64,000 nt of DNA from a virus (lineage: Duplodnaviria; Caudoviricetes): positions 1 to 64,000 of the IMG/VR virus record IMGVR_UViG_3300000478_000013. One strand, 5' to 3'. Of the stretch, positions 35,725 to 45,300 are shown one piece after another. The notes beneath the pieces are model-generated. The model was not told where the DNA came from. It worked only from the letters and a program-made list of their open reading frames with translations, and did no database searches. Numbering within the stretch: position 1 is the first letter of the stretch; the number at the start of each line of letters is the position of its first letter. The translations under genes and the position numbers were made by a program.

Positions 35725-36326
35725 CCGAAGGGTTTACCTACCCTCTGCTTCCTATTGATTGGTCCCTCATAGGTAGTGCAGTGGATTTCTACGTAAGCAG
35801 TGGGTTTTCTTACGTAGAAGTTCCTTGGGCTGTTTCAGACCGTGCTATACGCTACACGCTTCCAGAGGGTGCGGTGGACATTAAACTGAGCACGGAATGG
35901 GATGCCACTCTTGTAGGCTCAGCAGAGCAATCTCTCATAGAGCTTAAACTAAGGGGTTCTCTTCCTCCGGGAAAGTTGGTGTCTGTGTCTCCCTGCTTCA
36001 GGGGAGAGGCGTATACCTCAAAAAGAGAAGCCAGACAACTTACCTTCATGAAGGTAGAGTTATTCGTTCCTGACTCTACTGACTATCTTAGTCTGGCCTA
36101 TACGGCAGAACAGTTCTTCTTATATGAGCAGAGGCTTCCTGTAGGAAGAGTTAACACTGACCTTGGAGTAGACCTTTTCTACTCGAATCTTGAGGTGGGG
36201 TCCTATGGATGTAGGACCATAACGCTTCCCAATGGTACTCCATTTACTTGGAGTTACGGAACGGGGTTGGCGGAACCCAGATTCAGTGTGGCAAGGGAAC
36301 AATTTTTGGGGAGTTGCAAAAAATGA
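35721..36326 (+). CDS. truncated seryl-tRNA synthetase-like class II catalytic core
   Basis: LVGSAEQ (cf. IPTAEV), motif 2 SPCFRGE...FMKVEL, EVGS, motif 3 GTGLAEPR; no N-terminal coiled coil. Confidence 0.8.
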   Translation: MTEGFTYPLLPIDWSLIGSAVDFYVSSGFSYVEVPWAVSDRAIRYTLPEGAVDIKLSTEWDATLVGSAEQSLIELKLRGSLPPGKLVSVSPCFRGEAYTSKREARQLTFMKVELFVPDSTDYLSLAYTAEQFFLYEQRLPVGRVNTDLGVDLFYSNLEVGSYGCRTITLPNGTPFTWSYGTGLAEPRFSVAREQFLGSCKK

Positions 36327-36341
36327 AAATCATTCATGAAT

Positions 36342-36391
36342 TTGTGTCCTTCACCGTCGCGCGGGTTGCGCCCGCGGCGAGGAGGATACAA
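36342..36391 (+). promoter_or_regulatory. SD-sequestering RNA hairpin
   Basis: TTGTGTCCTTC (36342-52) pairs with GGAGGATACAA (36381-91), closing TCGC/GCGA and GCGGG/CCCGC stems. Confidence 0.55.
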
Positions 36392-36846
36392 TGGCAAACT
36401 ACAAGAACAAGAAACCCAAGTCTTATAAGGGACACTGCACCCTCTGCAGCCTGAGGACAACCAACGGCAAGAGGAACGGAAGGCAGAGGTCCATCTCAGA
36501 ACTTAGGGCGGAGCAGTCAGAGGCCTACTATTGGGATCAGGAGTACTCTTACGAGGAGGACCAATGGGATGACTACTGCTGGGACTCTATCTTTTGGGAA
36601 GAGTACAAGGAAAAAAAGATGAGCGAAATAGACGGACGAGAGAAGTTGATCTACGACCTACGACATGCTCTCGAAATTCTTTGTAACGTAGTAGAGATGG
36701 ACGAAAGTCCCAAGCACACATGGGCCTACGAGCACAGCAGAGCACTTCTTTCTGACACTCCTGAGTGGGAGTCGTCGGAAGAATCTGTTTTCTCTAGGGA
36801 AAACCAGAAACGCAGAGAAGAGTACAGAAAGCTGAAGAAGGTGTGA
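36391..36846 (+). CDS. hypothetical protein (basic CxxC N-terminus; probable internal start at 36619)
   Basis: GGAGGA SD; second SD-like AAGGA before the in-frame ATG at 36619. Confidence 0.55.
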   Translation: MANYKNKKPKSYKGHCTLCSLRTTNGKRNGRQRSISELRAEQSEAYYWDQEYSYEEDQWDDYCWDSIFWEEYKEKKMSEIDGREKLIYDLRHALEILCNVVEMDESPKHTWAYEHSRALLSDTPEWESSEESVFSRENQKRREEYRKLKKV

Positions 36847-37574
36847 GTATGGGGTTCTTCACTTCCCCAAAAAGGTGGCATCCTTCCCATCCTCCCGATG
36901 TTTCTATGGTCCGAATAGTTTGTATATCGGACACGCATACAGAGGCATCAAACGTAACCATACCTGCGTGTGACATTCTCATTCATGCAGGGGACATCAC
37001 GTATAGGGGAGAACAGGATAAACTAGAGGCGTTCAACAAGTGGGGAGGGAAACTTCCTATTCCTACAGAACGGAAGATCTGCATAGCAGGAAACCACGAT
37101 GTAAGTTTCCGCACCCACCCACAGGAAGCCAGAGGAACTCTTACCAATTGGACCTATCTGGAGGATTCGTCTACTACCCTTTTTGGGTTAAAAATCTACG
37201 GTACCCCATGGAGTCCGAACTTCTACCCAGAGGCGTGGGTATTCAACCAGTCACGGGGCAAAGAAGCGGCTACTAGGTGGGCACAGATTCCAGACGATAC
37301 GGACATCCTTGTTGTACATGGTCCTCCATTTGGGTATGGAGATAGGGTAGACGGAGACCTTCATACTCCTGAGAGGACTCATGTGGGATGTGTAGACCTG
37401 CTGGATCGTCTGAGGGAAGTGAAGCCTATCCTCACCGTGTGTGGTCACATACACGAAGACAGAGGGATTTTTACGGCCCCCTGGGGTACAGTAGTTAATG
37501 CGTGCGTGATGACAGCAGGGTACAAGCCCAAGGGTAAGCCAATTGTAATTGACGTACCAGTTTTTGCAGGCTAA
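36843..37574 (+). CDS. calcineurin-like metallophosphoesterase (MPPED/239FB-like)
   Basis: ISDTH, HAGD, AGNHD, HGPP, GHIHE. Confidence 0.9.
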   Translation: MSMGFFTSPKRWHPSHPPDVSMVRIVCISDTHTEASNVTIPACDILIHAGDITYRGEQDKLEAFNKWGGKLPIPTERKICIAGNHDVSFRTHPQEARGTLTNWTYLEDSSTTLFGLKIYGTPWSPNFYPEAWVFNQSRGKEAATRWAQIPDDTDILVVHGPPFGYGDRVDGDLHTPERTHVGCVDLLDRLREVKPILTVCGHIHEDRGIFTAPWGTVVNACVMTAGYKPKGKPIVIDVPVFAG

Positions 37575-37583
37575 GGTACCCCC

Positions 37584-37829
37584 ATGTCCAACCACACTAA
37601 CTACAGGAGAGGAGAAAAACACCGAACGGAAAACGGACCCAGGCATGAGTCACAAAATCCAGGGAAAGGGTGTAATTCTACCCATGTGGCCAAGGCGAGG
37701 TCAGACTGGAAAAAGAGATTCCACAGAGCGCAACGACGCACAAGCGGAAAGAGTACAGGTGGGTCGTTTAGGAAAGGCCAAGAACTAGAGGACCCTACCT
37801 TATCTATTGAGGAGGATTCAAATGAATGA
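37584..37829 (+). CDS. small basic protein
   Basis: Arg/Lys-rich; tiles with its neighbours. Confidence 0.55.
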   Translation: MSNHTNYRRGEKHRTENGPRHESQNPGKGCNSTHVAKARSDWKKRFHRAQRRTSGKSTGGSFRKGQELEDPTLSIEEDSNE

Positions 37830-38061
37830 GGTAGGAAAAGATCTACCGGCCCTGGTTGCACTGGTACGAACACAAGACAGACTGTATAGGCAAAAGCCAG
37901 GAATCAAACTAGACGTAGATGTGTACGCAAGCAGGTTTAGTAGTGAAGACTCTAGAAGACTATGTCGTGCTATCCTCGGGGATGCGACTGACACTTCTCC
38001 TGAAGTCAAGGCTAAGGCTGATGCGATAAAGAGGTTGGCGTTAGGTAACAGCGCAATTTAA
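37822..38061 (+). CDS. hypothetical protein
   Basis: GGAGGA SD before ATG 37822. Confidence 0.55.
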   Translation: MNEVGKDLPALVALVRTQDRLYRQKPGIKLDVDVYASRFSSEDSRRLCRAILGDATDTSPEVKAKADAIKRLALGNSAI

Positions 38062-38065
38062 CATT

Positions 38066-38153
38066 GGAGGGATGGCTGAGTGGTCGAAAGCACTCGACTT
38101 GAAATCGAGCGTACCTGAAGGTACCGTGGGTTCGAATCCCACTCCCTCCTCCA
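38066..38153 (+). tRNA. tRNA-Ser (anticodon TGA), long variable arm
   Basis: Acceptor GGAGGGA/TCCCTCC, anticodon arm CTCGA-CTTGAAA-TCGAG, variable arm GTACC-TGAA-GGTAC, GGTTCGAATCC, encoded CCA. Confidence 0.95.
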
Positions 38154-38165
38154 GAAAGGTATCAC

Positions 38166-38396
38166 ATGTTTGGCAACAAAGCACTGGTTCTAGATGAGTT
38201 TAGAATTCTCCTGTCTGCTAAGATAGGATACGAGGAAAAGACGGGTCACGTTTCTTCGCCCCAGGCGCTGACTCATGTAGCTACTCATATGGGCGTGGCG
38301 GAGTCACTTGTTCTCCTTTGGGTACAGGGTCTCGCCAGACCAACCCCTTACGAAGAAAACATGGCTCTTTCCTTGATTAAGGCAGTTCACTCGTGA
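38166..38396 (+). CDS. small HTH-like protein
   Basis: VATHMGVAESLVLLWVQGLARP resembles an XRE-type HTH. Confidence 0.5.
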   Translation: MFGNKALVLDEFRILLSAKIGYEEKTGHVSSPQALTHVATHMGVAESLVLLWVQGLARPTPYEENMALSLIKAVHS

Positions 38397-38560
38397 AACT
38401 CACGCTAGAAGCGGCCGAAAGAATAGCCAAGAAAGTAAACGAGAAGCTTTCTAGCTGGGACGTACCCGTATCTATTCGACCTGGAGTTGTCATTATGATA
38501 TCTCTGGTGGTCCGTGAACTCAGAGCCGAGGCCAAGAGCCAGCAAAATACAGACGACTGA
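38393..38560 (+). CDS. small hypothetical protein (55 aa, below the ORF-track cutoff)
   Basis: GTGA overlap; MKLTLEAAERIAKKVNEKL... Confidence 0.45.
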   Translation: MKLTLEAAERIAKKVNEKLSSWDVPVSIRPGVVIMISLVVRELRAEAKSQQNTDD

Positions 38561-38615
38561 CCCAAAATGGGCACCTACGTAGGTGCCCATTTTGCTTTAA
38601 CCCATAGGGAAATAG

Positions 38616-38795
38616 ATGAAATATCTCACAAGTGAACTTGAGGACCATTTTGAAAATAGTATAGACCTCTACTGCCAGAGAATGGAAGAGGGGGACATGG
38701 ACATGGCGGCTGCGGCTGCTGCACATGCCGAGCACTACTTAGAGGCGCTCTACTTAGCACAACAGCTACAGACTCTCCTCTCCCCCGAGGTCTAG
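38616..38795 (+). CDS. small helical hypothetical protein (59 aa, below the ORF-track cutoff)
   Basis: AGGGA SD; MKYLTSELEDHFENSIDLYC...; convergent overlap with the - block end. Confidence 0.5.
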   Translation: MKYLTSELEDHFENSIDLYCQRMEEGDMDMAAAAAAHAEHYLEALYLAQQLQTLLSPEV

Positions 38796-39355
38796 TTCTC
38801 CGAGTCGTCTTTTCCGAAAATTACGTATAACTTACGGTCAGCCAGAGACATGAGAGAGTCAGCGGAGCCTTCTTCTTCCCACTTTAAAAGTAGGTCTTCT
38901 ACGGAGAAACTTTTACCAAGGCTAGTCTGGTTTCTCGTGGTCTCTAGTAGAGAAGCAAACGCGTCGAAGTCTTTCGACATAATCAAGTAAACCTTCCTAA
39001 GCCCATCATTGGACAAGGATCCCGCTACCTTATAGGCGTTGCTGCCCATTTGATTTACGTAACCTCTGGTTACTCCTCGTTTTTTCACAAACTCAGGAAA
39101 CAAACCAGACTGAATAAGAGCGGATTCACCCATAGACTTCCAAAGATTGAAGCGGCTCGGGGCCGGTGCCTCAGCCGCTTCAATCATTTGGTCGACAAGT
39201 GGGGCCAGACTTACGTTGTTACTCACAACCTGCCTAGCCAACAAATCTACAATGTAAAACTCTATCCAAGCCTCTAGGTGTAGTTTGACCCTAGCAGAAG
39301 CCTTTTTGATAGCTTCGTAGAAGAACAACTTAATGTCTGCTGCGTTAGAGTCCAC
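38792..39355 (-). CDS. bacterial-type conserved hypothetical protein
   Basis: EFYIVDLL...MGESALIQSGLFPE...RRGV..GY...MG..AY pattern recalled from uncharacterised bacterial proteins. Confidence 0.55.
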   Translation of the reverse strand: MDSNAADIKLFFYEAIKKASARVKLHLEAWIEFYIVDLLARQVVSNNVSLAPLVDQMIEAAEAPAPSRFNLWKSMGESALIQSGLFPEFVKKRGVTRGYVNQMGSNAYKVAGSLSNDGLRKVYLIMSKDFDAFASLLETTRNQTSLGKSFSVEDLLLKWEEEGSADSLMSLADRKLYVIFGKDDSEN

Positions 39356-42300
39356 TGAGGTCGATGTCTAGGTTGTCTGCGTTGAGGGCGTCTAGGGCTT
39401 TCTGTATCTTTGGAACCAAGGCAGTGTAGGCGCTGACCAGATCAGGTCTACCCTTTCTCTCCAGAACCTGGGTGAAAGCGTTGGCATTTGGTACCTCGTT
39501 GGCAGTAAGCCACTTAAGCGCCAGGTCATAGAGCTGCTTGCGCTTCTCCAGCGTGAGGGAGGCGGGACCTGTAGGGGCAGGTGCTTGTGGGGCAACAGGG
39601 GCAGGTTTCTCTTGAATCTGCTGAAGTTGTGCCTTCAGTGCGTTTATGGCGTCTGACGCTTCTCCCTTTGTTGGAGAGTCTCCAACACTCACTAGAGGAG
39701 TTTCTCCTGACGAAGAAATTTCCTCTGAGAGAGTCTTTATCTTCTCCACCTGCTTTGGAGTCGCCTCGTCATTTCTCCAGTCACCAGCAGGCCTCTTCTC
39801 TGTACTCTTGGGTGCAGGCTGGGACGTCAGAGGGTCCCTACCCTCTTGTACTAGACGAAGATAGGTTGTAAGACCTTGGACATACTTCTGGAAAACGTTC
39901 TTCGTGTCTTCATCCAGGGAGTCCCTGTTGCTCTTCCAAAAAGAAGACAAATCTTCGTACGTCTTGCTTTGTATTTGTCCTACAGCCTGATCTAGCTGCT
40001 TAGACTCACTGGGAGACAGCCCCACCGCCCTCGATATAAAGGAATATCTCTCTACCCCAACAGGAAGGGTAGCTAGTGGTTTGGGCATCCTGCCTCTTGG
40101 GCGAGACTCTGGTTCAGGCATGACTGGAGTCTGTGGTGTAGCAGCCTCCCCGGCAGGTGCGGGTGCGGGAGCCGCAGCCTGTGGAAGCTGCAGTACTCTG
40201 ACAGAAACCACGGGGGTTCCGTCTTCCGTCACAGGAAGGAACGTAGCGTCTTCCTCTGTGCCCGAGAATTCTGTTCCTTGTACAGCGACAAGTCCCTCCT
40301 CGATGCCTTGAAGTATGGCGTTCTTGGCCACGTCACGGTCGACGATCCCCTCAAGTCTTCTGATAAACTCTACTATTCCAAGATCTGCTCCCTTTTGCGC
40401 TCGCATGCCTGCACGGAGCACGCTGTGAAGCATGTCGTCAGGGACCTCCGAACGGAAAGTGGGAGAGAAGGACATCTTCTCTGGTTCTGGCACTTCGACT
40501 TCCGCTTCATCTGACTCAGAAGGAAGCACAACGTTATTAATTTCGGACGAAGGGATTCCATTTTCATTCAGGTAATCAACTATGTCCTGAGCAATGATTT
40601 CAAGCTGAGGGTTCTTTGCCTTACGCAACTTGGATAGAACTTGGTCCACGCCAAGTTCCTGCATCTTCTCCAAGATGAATACTGCGTTAGCCCTTTCCTG
40701 ATCGTCAAAATCAAACTCGTTGGCCATCTGCTCAAAGATGACCTTGTACAGGTGGGTCCTGTCTGCTGATTCTGGCTCGTCTTGCTCTTCATCTTCCCCT
40801 GAAAGGAACTCTACTGCGTCTGACGCCTCCTCTGGAAGGTCTATGCCAGTTTCCTTGATGTCTTCTATGAACTCGTCAACGTCCACGAAAGACGGACCAG
40901 GCTCCGGCATGGAATCATCCATGTCATCAAACTCTTCCTGAAGATCCTCCTCAGAAATGCCTAGGTCCTTGGCCATGGCAGCGTCGTTGGGCACGCCATC
41001 CTTGCTTACGTAAGACTCTCTTCCCTTTAGAGGAGGTAGAGTTATACCCTTAGCGTCAGGGGAACCATCCTCAGACACGAGACCCTTACTGACCAAGAAC
41101 TTGGCGACAGCAGAAGGTATGCCTTCTATATCTGTACCTTCGGAGCTGTTTACTACCTTCTCAAGTCCTTCCTTGCCTGGATTCTCCTTGATGGCCCTTA
41201 TGATGTCGGCAAATAGGTTCGAGTGGAATTCGTCAAGCTCCTTCTCTTCCACCATGTCCTGGAACACTGTCTTCTTGGCCTTATCCTTTTCTGCCTTAGA
41301 AAGGTCTTCTTCCGCAGAAGCGTACGGATTCTTGAAAGCCACCCCCGTAAGAGAACTAAGATCTGGTATTCCTGGAACCCCAGACTCATACTTACTCTTG
41401 TTCTTGCCAATGTGACGAAGTATCTTGACCACAATTTCATTGAGGTCAGGACGAGACTTGAGAAGCGCACCTATCAACTCTGCGGCGGTCTTTCCGCTTT
41501 CGGTCATCCGCAGCTGAACAGAACTCAGTATGTTGTTGGCCGTCTCTGCCTCGGCCTCTGACAGCCCCTGTTCCTCTATGAAGTACTCGAATCCCTTGCT
41601 CCATCTGGATATAGGGGTGCGTTCCACATTTACGCTGTCTACTTCGTCCTGTTCTGAAGGAGAACCTGCGTCTGGAGCGCCGGGACCAAACACGGACGAC
41701 AGTCCGTAGTCGTTCCTCATCTTTGAAAGAGGCCGGGTCTTGTTTAGACGAGTAATGAAGTTCCTCATCTTCTGGAAGAGGTATAGGTAGCTGTACGGAG
41801 CAGATTTGCTCATATCCATAGACTCGAATTCAGACTCCATGTCGTCCAAACTCATGTCGTACATGGCAAATTCGCTCATCCTATGAAGCATGTCCAGTAC
41901 ACGCTCTCGCGTATCCTTGGCAGATTCTACAGCTTCGTCGGGGCCCGCTTCATCCTTTAGTTCCTTTTGTATGGAATCGATAAGAGGATTCAGCTGAGCA
42001 TCTAGAGGGAAGTGTCCCTTTACGTCCTCATAGGAAGGAAGCTTGTGTTCCCCAGTGTACAACGATTGGAAGTTCCACCCTTCATCACTCTTGATCTCGC
42101 TGTGCTGGTTGATAAACAGACCCAGTCGTGTGGCAAGGGCCAGAACTCCCTTTCCTTCGATAGACTTGGACCGTCCTAGGCCTTTAACTATCTCCGAAAG
42201 TGGCTTGCCGTTGGATACCATTCTTATGATATCGTTAAGCTTTTCCGCCTCGTCCTTTGACAAACCTGGCTGTGCGTTGTGAAGCGCCTCTGCTGACTTA

Positions 42301-45300
42301 GCCCTGTCAGACAAGTCCACAGGGGCAAACCCACTACCTCCAGGAAGAGATTCCAACGGAACAACACGCAATGGTTTCTGAAGGTCGGACAGATCCCAGT
42401 TGCCCTTGTCCTTTCTAAGGTCCTCCGCGTTCTCCAGCAGGAACTTAACGACCGACTTTATGACGGCAGACTGATTGGATAGTGTGTTGGAGGCAGGTAA
42501 GCTAGGAGAGAACTTCCTTACGTCTCCACCGTTCTTAAAGTGGTTACGAAGGGCCAACATCAGTATCTTAAAGTTTCGTATCCTAGCATCGTACGAAGCT
42601 TTACTCTCGTCAGGGTCGGGGGGCAGAGCTACAGCCTGTAGTTCTTCCAATAGGGACCTTCTGACCTCTGGTGCGGTCTTGCTGAGAGGAGCAAAGGTGG
42701 CTCCGTCTGTCTCCGCCTTCTCTTTGGCATATTGCTTTATGGCGTCCACTACAGCAGCAGCTGCACTATCGGACTCCATCATGTCCTTATAGTACCTATC
42801 TAGCGCAGCAACAGCTGCGTCAGGGAGATTTTTCTTGTGTGGAGCTATAGACCTTAAGAAGTCTTCGGGAGTAATAGTACCGTCAGTAAACTGGACTACT
42901 AGCCTCTCCGGACTAACAGAGGTCTCCTTCTTAGGTCTCGCCTTAGGTGCTTCCTTCTTACCTTCTTGCTCCCTCGACGGATTTTTGATGCTCTTTACTG
43001 GCTTTATCTCTTCTTGGAGAGGACGATAGGTGTCCTCTTCTCCTTCTGGGAGCACGGGAGGAGCATACCCAGGAGTCTTGGACGGCTTGCTAATCTCGAA
43101 CATGTTGTCCAGATTGTAGGTTCCATCTCCTCTCTGGAATTCGTCACGGTCCGATAGGAAATCATTAACCTTGGTAAGGGTTTCTAACTCCTTCGAAACA
43201 GGGTGTTCTGATATTTTGCTCTTTACCTTTTCCTGTATGTGCTCTATCAGGTTTTTAAGGTATTCCTTCTTTTCCTCTGCTTCAGCTTCCTGCGTCGCTA
43301 GGGTGTCCTTCACCTTTGTGAAGTTTGACTCTAGCTCCTTTATCTTTTGGTTTACCTGACGAAGCTCTGTTCTAGTTTTCTTTCCGGAAAATGATACGGC
43401 TTCTCGTCTTAGCTCCTTCAGCGTTTCCTTTACTTCTTCGATGTCCTCTCGGATAAGTTCACGCGCTTGGATCATATCCTCCTGGTCTGCATCCGCCAGG
43501 TAGGCGTACTCCTTGTACACGGATAGAACAAAAGGGTCAAGCGGTGCTCTCGTGGCACCAGACTCGTCTGTCTCTCCCTTCTCCAAGGAAGAGATACCAG
43601 AGGGACCAAGCAGAGCGGATAGAGATTCTCCCCCTCCCTTGGTAGCAGCAAGTATTTCTGTGAGTGCCTTTAGTTTCTCCTTGGAAAGGGTGATCCTACT
43701 CTGGTACTCCTTTCCTGCCTCTTCCACGGCCCTTTCTCTTATTTTGTCCCGCTCCTTCTTAGCAGACACTATGTCTGCATCTATACCAGTTAGGGCAGAT
43801 CTTGTTTTCTCTACCGCGTCTTGTACTGATAGAAGATCTTCTCTTCTTTTCCTGGTCTTCTCCTCCATGAGAGAGGACCCCTTCTCTATAAGAGCGGATA
43901 TCGCACGTTCCCTCTTATCCAAGAGAGCACTGAAGTCCTTTCCACTCACGTGGTTGTCTAGAGCTTCTTGCATAAGACTCTTGAGCAGGTCCTTGTCCAC
44001 GCCGGGTATAGAAGTGGACATCTGGTCGAAGAGGGGCTTTTTGTTGAGAAGCTCTTGTTCTTCCTTCTTTTTATCCAGCTCCTTCTTTTTCTCCTCTACC
44101 TTAGTCTCATCTACCTTGTACTCATCCCTTTCTATCTGAAGCATTTCATCAGCTAGTGTTTGAGACTCCTGCTTTTGAAGGAAGAACTGGGTAAAGCTGG
44201 GGTACTTGCTCTTGAAAAGAGCATCGTTCTTCTCCATGAGAGAGAAAAGTGCGTTGGAAAACTTGGATACGGCACGGTTGTAAGTCTTAGACACCAGGTC
44301 TATGATCTTCTCGTCGACCTCGTCATCACCTACGTCTGCACCAAATTCCTCTACAGCTATCTCCTGTAACCTCTCTCCAACACTATACGCTGGCTTTGTG
44401 CCCGCAGGGATGGAGTCCTTTAAGTTATCTACCTCGTCATCGTCTAGATGGTCTCTCCTAAGAAGACCTGGGACTCCCCATACCCAACGAAGAATGTTTT
44501 CCTCGTCAGGTTTCATAGATATCCGCATGAGAATAGAGTTTAGGAGGTTTTGTACCTTGTCAGTCTCTGGGTCCTCGGACCTAAGGAAAAGTAGGACCTT
44601 GTCCCTCTCGGTGTCTCCCTTGCTTACAAGCACCTTCTTCAGCGGAAGAAGAGAACGCTTCAGAGCGACGTCATCCTTTGCCTTCTCCCTAAGGATAGAC
44701 ATCAGGGACTCTACTGCCCCTTTCTTCCTTCTCTTCATGTCACTTAGTGACTCTGATCCTGAGAAGGGCTCCATGGAGCCTATCTCCTGTAATGAAAGGA
44801 CTGCGTTGTTAGCTTGCCCTATGCCAAGAATTCCTGATAAAAGTGCCCTGTCTTTCTCGTCCAGCCTAGGGTCATCCTGAGTCAGGAGTATGTCTGCAAT
44901 GACCTCCAGTGTGTGAGATACATTCTCTTCTGACAAGGCAGCCATCTCTTGAGAAAGGGGGTCTGCGTCCTGGTCGGCTACCATGTCTACCACCGATACG
45001 TCTTCTTCGTCGTCTCCTGTGGTTATGGTAGGTGTAACAAATCTCTTGGCCTTTATTTTCTGAGTGTAAGATATTACTACCTTATCTCCGCCATTTTTAG
45101 GAGAAAATTCCAAAACACCAGACTCAGGGAAAGCAAGATATTCGTCTTTTCCTATCGAAACTCCCTGTGTGTCTGAGTTTCTGGTAAGAACCCTTAGCTT
45201 CTTGCCACGGTAGTATTCATCAAGCCAAATGATGCCTGAAGAAGGAGCAAAGAAGAATATGTCCTTGTTTCCCTTCAGCTTGTTTTTGCTCTCTGTTGTG

